DNA from: a virus
Strand: one strand, 5' to 3'
IMG/VR virus record: IMGVR_UViG_3300017971_004103
Coordinates: 1 to 64,000 of that record
DNA: 64,000 bases
Shown: one piece after another, positions 30,301 through 37,722 of the stretch
Layout of the letters: each line of letters opens with the position of its first letter
How positions within the stretch are numbered: position 1 is the stretch's first letter
The notes under the pieces: generated by a model
Database searches by the model: none
What the model saw: only the letters and a program-made list of their open reading frames with translations
Told to the model about the DNA's origin: nothing
Program-made: the position numbers and the translations under genes

Positions 30301-31305
30301 TCAACCTTCATTAATCTGGATAATTTAGATGAGGCTCATTTATCAAGGGATTTTGGCATAGACTATTTTCAAAATTTTAGTATTGATTTTGAAGCTCAGA
30401 TCACTTCCGTATCAAATGGTTCCGTTGTCGGGTTAATTGGAGTTACAAATTTACCGGAATCGATAATGCCATGTGATCATGGGATTTTTGTTGATGTTAA
30501 TGATGATCGCAAAGTTTATTTGATTGATCGAGACAGTGGATCGGGCATAACCTCTGGTGCTCTTACATTAAGCACAACTTATTATTTCACGTTTAGGCGA
30601 GATGAAAGTACAGCTTATGTAGATATTTACACGGATTCAGACAGAAACAATCTATTTCAAACCATATCGCTTGAATGTGAAGCCATTAACTGGCGATATT
30701 TACAGGTAACTACATCACAAGAATGGGGATCAACTCCTGATAGGCTATGTTCTGGATGGGTAGATCATGTATTAATTAATTATGCCTATAGTCCCTCATC
30801 TTCGGAAAGTCCTTCAGTAAGTCCGAGTGCGAGTTTATCGCCGTCAGCATCAGCCTCTCCCTCGGTGAGTCCTTCGGCATCTATTAGCCCATCGGTCTCC
30901 CCGAGTGCGAGCGTTTCTCCGTCGAGTTCGGAGTCGCTGTCGGTCTCACCTTCAGCCTCAGAAAGTCCGAGTGAGAGTCCTTCGGCCTCAGAATCACCCA
31001 GCGTGAGTCCTAGCGCCTCAGAGAGTCCGAGCCTTTCTCCCTCTGCGAGCATAAGCCCGTCGAGTTCCGAAAGTCCCTCGATAAGTCCCAGTGCATCAAT
31101 TTCACCGAGTACCTCTGAGAGCCCGAGCATGTCGCCGAGCGCATCAGAATCACCTAGCGTTAGTCCATCTTCTAGTTTAAGTCCATCGATTTCACCGTCG
31201 GTTAGTCCCTCGGCTTCGGTTAGCCCCAGCGTATCACCGAGTGCATATGGTGAATCAAGATATAGCTTCAAAAAACACATCAACAAGAGCTTTGAGGTAA
31301 AGTAA
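27346..31305 (+). CDS. 1319-aa mucin-like Ser/Pro-repeat protein with two embedded beta-sandwich (lectin-like) domains
   Basis: Three SPS-x-SPS-x-S-x tracts (about 27388-27826, 28456-30220, 30791-31245) separated by two globular domains of about 200 aa. Confidence 0.85.
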   Translation: MVQWTIDDIKLGQGPSDSPSVSPSVSPSASVSPSASESPSVSPSASVSPSASESPSMSPSASISPSASESPSISPSASESPSESPSVSPSISPSASESPSVSPSASESPSVSPSASVSPSASESPSISPSTSESPSESPSVSPSTSISPSVSPSASVSPSENLFDYNQSFDELNDGAIDGQDGWTEDPFDNGAIVQTSVVFHGAKALSFPIGEADDEIIAYRDFAEYFTAGTLYFAIRFSDFSNWETTEYSTIAPLYNDIGSLISLRPDGNDLKIRVEETGYGTSHSNLIETISNIQDNTWYAIGIEWDISRGTKGQARVQVNSGEWSDWVDYYAEDLQGFNCIYLHCATGAGRGCTFYFDEINSEEIESSSISPSTSESPSVSPSSSESPSVSPSTSISPSESPSESPSLSPSSSESPSVSPSASVSPSSSESPSVSPSTSTSPSESPSISPSSSASPSVSPSASVSPSASESPSVSPSTSESPSISPSASISPSISPSSSESPSISPSASISPSTSESPSVSPSSSESPSASPSASISPSTSESPSLSPSTSESPSVSPSTSESPSESPSSSESPSVSPSASVSPSSSESPSTSPSSSESPSISPSTSESPSISPSASVSPSESSSESSSLSPSASVSPSISPSSSESPSLSPSASVSPSVGSASLSPSSSISPSVSPSASLSPSSSISPSSSESPSVSPSSSESPSVSPSSSESPSVSPSASISPSISPSASVSPSSSESPSVSSSSSESPSLSPSSSESPSVSPSASVSPSSSISPSVSPSASVSPSTSESPSVSPSASESPSSSESLSVSPSASISPSSSESPSVSPSASESPSPSEGSSSESPSESPSVSPSASISPSTSESPSVSPSASVSPSTSISPSVSPSASESPSVSPSVSMSPSVSPSASESPSISPSSSESPSLSPSASLSPSASESPSVSPSASVSPSASVSPSCEPGEYENLTIYDKVDEGNDITVECTKSTFINLDNLDEAHLSRDFGIDYFQNFSIDFEAQITSVSNGSVVGLIGVTNLPESIMPCDHGIFVDVNDDRKVYLIDRDSGSGITSGALTLSTTYYFTFRRDESTAYVDIYTDSDRNNLFQTISLECEAINWRYLQVTTSQEWGSTPDRLCSGWVDHVLINYAYSPSSSESPSVSPSASLSPSASASPSVSPSASISPSVSPSASVSPSSSESLSVSPSASESPSESPSASESPSVSPSASESPSLSPSASISPSSSESPSISPSASISPSTSESPSMSPSASESPSVSPSSSLSPSISPSVSPSASVSPSVSPSAYGESRYSFKKHINKSFEVK

Positions 31306-31631
31306 TGGATACAGATTTTGAAAAATATACATACGAACAATTTCCCATTGAGTGTGATTTTGCCAATGTTTTGGATACTGGAGAAACATTGGTAGTCGCA
31401 AATTGTGAAATAAAGATTTATGATGAAGATGGTAAAGACGTAACTACAGCCATGTATGTAGATGGTTCAATAAGTGTTGCGGATGGTAGCAAAACAAGTT
31501 CAAAATTAAAGGCAAAGATCAAGGCTGGAACTGCAGATGCTAAATATACGGTTAAGTTTAAGGCTACAAGTAGTGCTTCAAATAAATTTCAATTAGATAA
31601 AACTCTTTACGTAAAGTACGAAAATACCTAA
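31305..31631 (+). CDS. putative fibre adaptor protein
   Basis: K.TYE.FPIECDFANVLDTGETL...AGTADAKYTVKF pattern resembles phage fibre adaptors; translationally coupled (TAATG) to the Ser/Pro gene. Confidence 0.5.
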   Translation: MDTDFEKYTYEQFPIECDFANVLDTGETLVVANCEIKIYDEDGKDVTTAMYVDGSISVADGSKTSSKLKAKIKAGTADAKYTVKFKATSSASNKFQLDKTLYVKYENT

Positions 31632-31654
31632 TTGATAACCGCAAGGTAGATTAA

Positions 31655-31873
31655 ATGGTAGAAAGAAAAATAACAATAGATGGAATTCTAAATGGTGCAA
31701 TTGATGTTACGGATGCCGATAACGAAGGACGATTGTTTTATATTACAAAAGAAACGGTAGATATATTCATTGAAGGATTAAATAGTATCGAAACTAAAGA
31801 TAAGCGAAAATTAAATATCATTCGATGGAGTCTCGATTTACTTGAGCAATTTAAAAAAGAATGGGAGGTGTAG
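31655..31873 (+). CDS. hypothetical protein
   Basis: ORF track. Confidence 0.45.
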   Translation: MVERKITIDGILNGAIDVTDADNEGRLFYITKETVDIFIEGLNSIETKDKRKLNIIRWSLDLLEQFKKEWEV

Positions 31874-32025
31874 TGAAAAAAAGAAGATTACGATTTTGTT
31901 GGTCATGCAGTGATTATGTTCATCACGAACACAAATATAAGTGGACAGCGATTTTGTGCGGTAAGGTGCAATATTGCATACATGTATTAAAAAATTGGAT
32001 TAAAAATTAATAGGAGGAAATAACA

Positions 32026-32775
32026 ATGACTGATGATAACAAACAAACAGTAACACAAGACGTAGAACCAGGAATAGTGCAGGCTCCAAATTCAACCCAA
32101 GTCCCAGCACCGGCACCATCAATGAGGCCGAATCTTTCACCAGCTGACCCCGGACATCCAGAATACGATCCCCTTAAGGACGAAAAGGTAAAAAGCTATA
32201 GCAATAAATTGTTTACTCAGATTGCGGAGCGAGACAACGAGCTTAAAAGCCTTAAGGATATCCTTGAAAACACAAACGAAAAGTTAGCTTTATACGAGAA
32301 AGAAAAGAAAGAAAAAGAGGACAAGGATAAGACCGAATTGCAGTTAGCTAGTGAGAGGTTGTCTGCTCTTGAGAAGGAAAAGGCCGATTTGGCAAATCAA
32401 TTGGAAAATACAAAAGCGAGTAGTAGTAAGATTAAAGTAAATCTTGAGGCACGCTTGCTGCTCATGGAGGAACTTAGCCGGGCGGGCATTAAAACCAATT
32501 CGGCAGAACGCAAGGGATTGCAAGCCGAGCTTGAGGACAGGCTCAGCAAAAAGAAAGAGAATGAAGATTCATCTGATATTGCAAAAGCAATCGTTGTTGA
32601 TTTTGGCAAAGACAAACAAAGTGCCTTTACACCGCCGGCCGAACCAAAGCCGGCAAAACCACAGAAAATAGAGCCGACTGATCTTCAAAAGAAGATAGTC
32701 GAATTATCAAGGAATTATGAAAAGAACAAGGATGAAATACAGGCAATCCTTAAGCAAATAGAAGCAAAAAAATAA
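32026..32775 (+). CDS. capsid scaffolding protein
   Basis: Charged coiled coil (KEKEDKDKTELQLA), Pro-rich ends, directly before the MCP. Confidence 0.75.
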   Translation: MTDDNKQTVTQDVEPGIVQAPNSTQVPAPAPSMRPNLSPADPGHPEYDPLKDEKVKSYSNKLFTQIAERDNELKSLKDILENTNEKLALYEKEKKEKEDKDKTELQLASERLSALEKEKADLANQLENTKASSSKIKVNLEARLLLMEELSRAGIKTNSAERKGLQAELEDRLSKKKENEDSSDIAKAIVVDFGKDKQSAFTPPAEPKPAKPQKIEPTDLQKKIVELSRNYEKNKDEIQAILKQIEAKK

Positions 32776-32842
32776 ACAGCGAAAACAGCCGACAGGTCAA
32801 TAAGGAATTTCTCGCTATACTTAATAACAGTAGGGATTAACT

Positions 32843-32869
32843 ACCCTGGATATATTCTAGGGTTTTTTT
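32843..32869 (+). terminator. terminator-like hairpin between scaffold and MCP
   Basis: ACCCTGGA-tatat-TCTAGGGT followed by a T run. Confidence 0.55.
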
Positions 32870-32910
32870 ATGCCCATATTCTATTTTCATTTGAGAGGAG
32901 GTGAAAGAAT

Positions 32911-33954
32911 ATGGCGAATGATGCTGTAATGAATGTTATTCAACCGTCGGATTGGATGAGTGGAACCATTCCAACTGTATATTCCAGAAGGATATATCAG
33001 GAGGCAATGAATTCTATGCTCTGGTCTAAATTTATGGGTGAAGAGGGTGCTCTTATGCCTATAATCAAAAAGACCGATCTCGTGGCCGAGGCCGGAGGTA
33101 CGATCAATATAATCAGAACCCTGAATCTTACCGGGGATGCACAAACCGGGAGATTAAAGGGTAATGAGGAAAAGATTAATACCCAGGTATTGACTACCAG
33201 CCCTAGCTTAAAACGGCATGGTGTTGCATGGGAAGAGCTCTCGGACAAAAGAGTATCTTTTAGTACGAGAGAGCGTGCAGCCATGCTGCTCCAGAGACGT
33301 TGGGCAGAGCAATTTGACGACGATATCTGGGCTGCAATGGTTGGTACGGGTACTGGTTTTAGCGGAAATGCCCCGACTGTAGTTTGGGGCGGAGATGCAA
33401 CTGCCCTATCCGACATTGATTCGACCGATACTTTCGATATAGACGATATCGATAAGATGAGGGAAAAGCTGGAAGAGAATAAAACTGTTCCCGTTGGTGG
33501 AGCAGAGGGACAATATTGTCTTTTTATTCACACCAGGCAAGCCTACTATCTTGGTATCACCGATGCATGGAGAACCTATCAAAAGGACGCTGATGTAAGG
33601 GGTATCGAGAACTGGCTGTTCTCTGGTGGCAAACCCTACGGTGGAATCAAGGCTTTTGGTTATTGGAATGGTGCTGCTATTTTCAAAACCAATCAAGCCC
33701 CGACCGTGACCTCTACCAGCTCTCCCTCTTGCACTGTTGCAAAGGGTGTAATGGTAGGTTGTGAGGCATTAGCTCATGCTATCGAATCTTACACAATTGA
33801 TGGTGAGATCGTAGAGGGTGTGAAATATGCTGAGCAAATTGATGATTATGGTAATGAAAAGGGCATTGGAGCTGGCGCAAGTTATGAGGATAAAATCCTA
33901 ACTTCCGAAAACCTGGTTCAGATTTGGAGCGCTGCAAACAATCCCAATGCTTAA
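32911..33954 (+). CDS. major capsid protein (N4-gp56/DUF4043-like)
   Basis: 347 aa; GGTINI...LKGNEEKI, YCLFIHTRQAYYL, DDYGNEKGIG; strong GGAGGTGA SD; terminator downstream. Confidence 0.85.
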   Translation: MANDAVMNVIQPSDWMSGTIPTVYSRRIYQEAMNSMLWSKFMGEEGALMPIIKKTDLVAEAGGTINIIRTLNLTGDAQTGRLKGNEEKINTQVLTTSPSLKRHGVAWEELSDKRVSFSTRERAAMLLQRRWAEQFDDDIWAAMVGTGTGFSGNAPTVVWGGDATALSDIDSTDTFDIDDIDKMREKLEENKTVPVGGAEGQYCLFIHTRQAYYLGITDAWRTYQKDADVRGIENWLFSGGKPYGGIKAFGYWNGAAIFKTNQAPTVTSTSSPSCTVAKGVMVGCEALAHAIESYTIDGEIVEGVKYAEQIDDYGNEKGIGAGASYEDKILTSENLVQIWSAANNPNA

Positions 33955-33976
33955 CTATATATAACCCATTAACCTG

Positions 33977-34011
33977 ATGGGGGGTGTCTATGGTGCCCCC
34001 CATTATTTATT
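33977..34011 (+). terminator. rho-independent terminator after MCP
   Basis: ATGGGGGGTGTC-tat-GGTGCCCCCCAT followed by TATTTATT. Confidence 0.7.
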
Positions 34012-34022
34012 AACAACCGTAT

Positions 34023-34469
34023 ATGGAGGATTTTAAAATGTCAAATGAACAAGTAATGGTAAATCAATATTATGTTATGTGGGTAGGGCAAAAAAACCCT
34101 AAAAGATTGACCTTTCATTGGCGAGGGCAACCTGATCCCCTGAAAACGATTACTTTGCCGAAAGATAAGTGGATGCGTGTAACTGAGCAGGATGCTGCAG
34201 AAATCCGAAGGAGAGCCGGGGACGATAGCCCAAATTGGAAGTTCATGATTAAGCAGGTTATGCCCGCAGAAGATCGCATAGATTATCTCGAAGGGAAACA
34301 TGATGAGTCGGCAAAAACCCCCAATCCCATTAAAGACAGTCCCAAACAAAGTGATACTCAAACTGAAACGATGCCACTAGGTGAGGGCGATGTTTTTAAG
34401 GATTCTCAGGCTTCCCCGGAATCAAACAAAAGGGGCAGACCGAAGAAAAAAGCTGAAATATCAGCATAA
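34023..34469 (+). CDS. hypothetical head-associated protein
   Basis: Follows the MCP; disordered C-terminus with KRGRPKK. Confidence 0.55.
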   Translation: MEDFKMSNEQVMVNQYYVMWVGQKNPKRLTFHWRGQPDPLKTITLPKDKWMRVTEQDAAEIRRRAGDDSPNWKFMIKQVMPAEDRIDYLEGKHDESAKTPNPIKDSPKQSDTQTETMPLGEGDVFKDSQASPESNKRGRPKKKAEISA

Positions 34470-34483
34470 TCGAGGAGTAGAAC

Positions 34484-35179
34484 ATGGCAGGAAATTACAT
34501 AACAAGCACTAGCGTTTTAGTATTTCCCAATGGCAGGAAATTTGAAAAGTATCTTGATCCAGACCTAAAGCAGTCTGAGAAAGATACTGCCCTTGATTTA
34601 ATTATAACCGAGTCAGAAAATTGGGTTGATAATCAGCTCAAGGGAAATACTGCCATCCCCGCTACTCACATCATATCAGATTGTAAACAGATTGCCCTTG
34701 AATATGCACGGGCACTGATGTTTAGAGATAATCCTATCGTTACAGATGATGATAAAGAAAAGAGGGCAAAACAGTATTTCGAGCAGGCTGAAAATCTGAT
34801 TAGAAATCTACGGTATGGAGCTAGTGCCGATATCCCCGTTGCATCTTCTCAGAATACTGGTGACGGGACAATGTCTGTTGTGACCGTTGATGATAACGAA
34901 ACGATTACCGAGTCATGGATTGTTCGGTGCATATCCGAGACTGAGCCCACCTTTGAAGTAATCGGGAGCATAACGGGTGCTCTTTACAATTACGATCTTA
35001 CCTACGAAATATATCCCGATCAATACAATTCTGAAAAGTATGGTGATCAAAGAAAGATATGTTTTGTAATTACAGAGGGTGAATATGCATTCGTCTTAGA
35101 GGATGAATTTACATTCAAAACCTATGCCGCCTCATGGAATCAGAAAATGTTCGGAAGCGGTCAGATAATATTGGGGTAG
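34484..35179 (+). CDS. head-tail adaptor protein
   Basis: N-terminal LDLIITESENWVDNQL helical adaptor motif plus an extra C-terminal beta domain; synteny. Confidence 0.6.
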   Translation: MAGNYITSTSVLVFPNGRKFEKYLDPDLKQSEKDTALDLIITESENWVDNQLKGNTAIPATHIISDCKQIALEYARALMFRDNPIVTDDDKEKRAKQYFEQAENLIRNLRYGASADIPVASSQNTGDGTMSVVTVDDNETITESWIVRCISETEPTFEVIGSITGALYNYDLTYEIYPDQYNSEKYGDQRKICFVITEGEYAFVLEDEFTFKTYAASWNQKMFGSGQIILG

Positions 35180-35182
35180 ACA

Positions 35183-35533
35183 ATGTCGTGCAATGAATGC
35201 AAGAAGCTCAATACTCTATTGAAACAAATCATTAATGCCCTTGCAGACTATGATATTGTGCATACTGAATTTCCCCTGAATCTGTTAAGAGAATATCAGA
35301 AAAAAGATATGATCCGAGGTCTTGCCGTTGATGATATGAAAAGGATTTACATTGATAAGAATGCCTGCAGTAGCGAGAGAAGAGAGGCAGTTATACATGA
35401 GCTATTGCATATATTTAATTATCAAAGCGGTGAGTTAGACAATGTCAGTACTGCCGAGGAAGAAAATCATGTGATAAGAAAGACAAAAGAGGTAAAAGAT
35501 TTGCTTTATTCGCAAAAGGGGAAAAAGAAATGA
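35183..35533 (+). CDS. HExxH zinc metallopeptidase-like protein
   Basis: IRGL...IYID...EAVIHELLH...EE. Confidence 0.7.
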   Translation: MSCNECKKLNTLLKQIINALADYDIVHTEFPLNLLREYQKKDMIRGLAVDDMKRIYIDKNACSSERREAVIHELLHIFNYQSGELDNVSTAEEENHVIRKTKEVKDLLYSQKGKKK

Positions 35534-35895
35534 AGGATGTATGGAAAGTAGGGTTGTGGCTAAATATTTTATTGGTGCTTTCATTGTGTGTGTTGATGAT
35601 GGGATGTACCCTTAAGATAAATGTTGGGCTTGGTAATACAATTCACAGCGAGCTTGGCACAGCCGATTTAGATACTGCCCTTGTCAATAAGATGAAAACT
35701 GAAATCAAAAATGAAATGGATACTGAAATAAAGGCTAAGGATATCGGCCAGGGCAATGTTAATGAAATTGATTCTGAGATCGGGACTGCCAAGCAGACCA
35801 AAACCGATCAAAGCGTAAATATTGTCCCACAAAAGAAAAGAGGCCCCGTCACAAGCACAATCATCTGGGTATTAGATAATATTAAAAGGTTTTAG
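35530..35895 (+). CDS. putative lipoprotein
   Basis: Hydrophobic signal ending LMMGC. Confidence 0.55.
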   Translation: MKDVWKVGLWLNILLVLSLCVLMMGCTLKINVGLGNTIHSELGTADLDTALVNKMKTEIKNEMDTEIKAKDIGQGNVNEIDSEIGTAKQTKTDQSVNIVPQKKRGPVTSTIIWVLDNIKRF

Positions 35896-35905
35896 GTGAA
35901 AGCAA

Positions 35906-36040
35906 ATGCCATGTATTTATGATCCCAACACTGGCAAGTGGAAAATAGGCAATGGTAAACCCATATATCCCACAAAGGCGAAGTGTGAAAAGGCACTCAA
36001 GGGGTATTATTCTAGTAAGCGCAAGAAGGGAAAGAAGTAA
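35906..36040 (+). CDS. 44-aa basic protein (below the ORF-track cutoff)
   Basis: MPCIYDPNTGKWKIG...KRKKGKK; AGGTG SD; TAATG coupling to the next gene. Confidence 0.5.
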   Translation: MPCIYDPNTGKWKIGNGKPIYPTKAKCEKALKGYYSSKRKKGKK

Positions 36041-36495
36041 TGGACATAGCACAACTACCCAAAGATATAAGCAAGCTGGCTAAGCGGATAGGGGATACTC
36101 GACCTTTAATGGAAGACCTGGCGGGTCTTTTTATACATAGAACAGAAAAGAAATGGGACAAAAGGGGTGAGGGTGAAAATTATCAAGGTGTGCAATGGCC
36201 GAAACTTGCCGAATCAACCGCCATGAAGATAAAAAGCAAATCAACTGGTGCAAGGCGTGGCTATGAACACATGCTAGTTGATGAAGGATTAATGCGCACT
36301 GCCCTTACTAAAAGTGTCAGTGAAAAAGAGGCCAAGATATTCTTTATGTCACCAGAAGGCAAGAAGTATATGCACCATCATTTTGGAATGGGTAATTTAC
36401 CCAAGCGAGTTGTGTTGGACATCACAAAGGAAGATGATAAGGCACTTGATAAAAGAGCACTAGAATTTATTGATAAGGCATTGTCTAAGAAATAA
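36040..36495 (+). CDS. phage virion morphogenesis protein (Mu gpG / P2 gpS-like)
   Basis: DTRPLMEDLA...WPKLAEST...LVDEGLMR...HHFGMGNLPKR. Confidence 0.8.
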   Translation: MDIAQLPKDISKLAKRIGDTRPLMEDLAGLFIHRTEKKWDKRGEGENYQGVQWPKLAESTAMKIKSKSTGARRGYEHMLVDEGLMRTALTKSVSEKEAKIFFMSPEGKKYMHHHFGMGNLPKRVVLDITKEDDKALDKRALEFIDKALSKK

Positions 36496-36520
36496 ATAAG
36501 TCACAAAAGATTAATTACAG

Positions 36521-36558
36521 AAGTGACACCTGTAACATTTAGGTGTCACTTTTTTATT
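36521..36558 (+). terminator. rho-independent terminator
   Basis: AAGTGACACCT-gtaacattt-AGGTGTCACTT followed by a T tract. Confidence 0.75.
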
Positions 36559-36566
36559 GGTGAAAA

Positions 36567-37001
36567 ATGAGCTTAAAAACAGTTAGAAAAAATCTGAAAG
36601 AACAGCTTGAAGATGATAACAATCTTCAGAGTATGTTTAAGACTTTCTTAATTGAAAGGCGTCCAGAAGTAAATGAGCTTGACGCGATAACAGTTAGAAA
36701 AACTGATTCAGAGGAAGCCAAGGAAGAGTTTGGGTCAAACTATAATGTAGCAGCGACTTATCATTTTGAAATTGTTGCTACAATACAAAAAGCTAACCTT
36801 GAGGCTGGGGACGAAGCGCAGCTATTATCAGATCAGTATATACGACAGGCATTGAGAACAAGTCTTGACCTGAGTAATACCATAGGATTTATGAAAATTG
36901 GAAAAACTACCTGGGGTTATGATGCTCAGAACCAGAACATATTCTATACTATTGTTGCGGTTCAGTGCAAATTAGATGAAGACCCGACGGATAGGGATTA
37001 A
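36567..37001 (+). CDS. tail terminator / tail completion protein
   Basis: 144-aa acidic protein after the neck gene; synteny. Confidence 0.55.
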   Translation: MSLKTVRKNLKEQLEDDNNLQSMFKTFLIERRPEVNELDAITVRKTDSEEAKEEFGSNYNVAATYHFEIVATIQKANLEAGDEAQLLSDQYIRQALRTSLDLSNTIGFMKIGKTTWGYDAQNQNIFYTIVAVQCKLDEDPTDRD

Positions 37002-37004
37002 TCA

Positions 37005-37343
37005 ATGGGAATGAATTATTATTGGTATAAAAATAAGCCATGCCCTGCTTGCGGCAGAAATGATGAACCACTACATGTCGGCAAGAGTAGTGCTGGATGG
37101 GTATTTTCATTACATATAGTACCCGAAGAAAACATTAATGATTTTGAAGACTGGCTCAAAAAGTTTGATATTAAGGGTTCTTACATTGAAAATGAAGATG
37201 GTGAGAAAAAAACAAGAGAAGAAATGATTGATACTATTACCAAGAGAAAACATCCCGACGGTTTATTGAGACATGATTTAGGGGGGATTTGTCTTAAGCA
37301 TGGAAAGGGAACGTGGGATTGTCTTGAGGGTAAATTTAGTTAG
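37005..37343 (+). CDS. conserved hypothetical phage protein
   Basis: MGMNYY...CPACG...LHVGKSSAGWVF. Confidence 0.65.
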   Translation: MGMNYYWYKNKPCPACGRNDEPLHVGKSSAGWVFSLHIVPEENINDFEDWLKKFDIKGSYIENEDGEKKTREEMIDTITKRKHPDGLLRHDLGGICLKHGKGTWDCLEGKFS

Positions 37344-37355
37344 GGGAGGTGTAAT

Positions 37356-37703
37356 ATGAAGAAAAAGGTAAGATATTTGGTTGATCAAGTTACTAATCAC
37401 GGAATAGTTAAAATAGGTGATGAGAAATTGGTTGATGCCGAGATTGCGGAGATTGAAGTAAAGAGGGGGTTGGCGGAATATATTATAGAACCAACACCAA
37501 GCTATAAGAATTGGGGCATACCAAGAGAAGTAGAAAAACCAACACCCGCTAAGACAGAAGAAGATAATAAGGACTCTATTGTCAATGAATTGAAATCAGA
37601 TGAGCTCTCCGATACTCCACCGCCCGAAAGCATGCCCCTGGAATCACCAAGTACCATAATCGAATCAAAATCGGCAAGCAGGAGAAGAAAAAGAAGAAAG
37701 TAA
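37356..37703 (+). CDS. hypothetical protein, small L9-N-like domain + disordered tail
   Basis: KVRYL...GIVKIGDEKLVDAEIAEIEVKRGLAE. Confidence 0.55.
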   Translation: MKKKVRYLVDQVTNHGIVKIGDEKLVDAEIAEIEVKRGLAEYIIEPTPSYKNWGIPREVEKPTPAKTEEDNKDSIVNELKSDELSDTPPPESMPLESPSTIIESKSASRRRKRRK

Positions 37704-37722
37704 AAATTAAATAAGAGATAGA

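Noticed and set aside
27243-31340. Minus-strand ORFs 27243..27785, 28419..29171, 30786..31340 (GDSEAEGL repeats)
   Set aside because: They are shadows of the Ser/Pro repeat codons on the opposite strand, with no independent expression signals.
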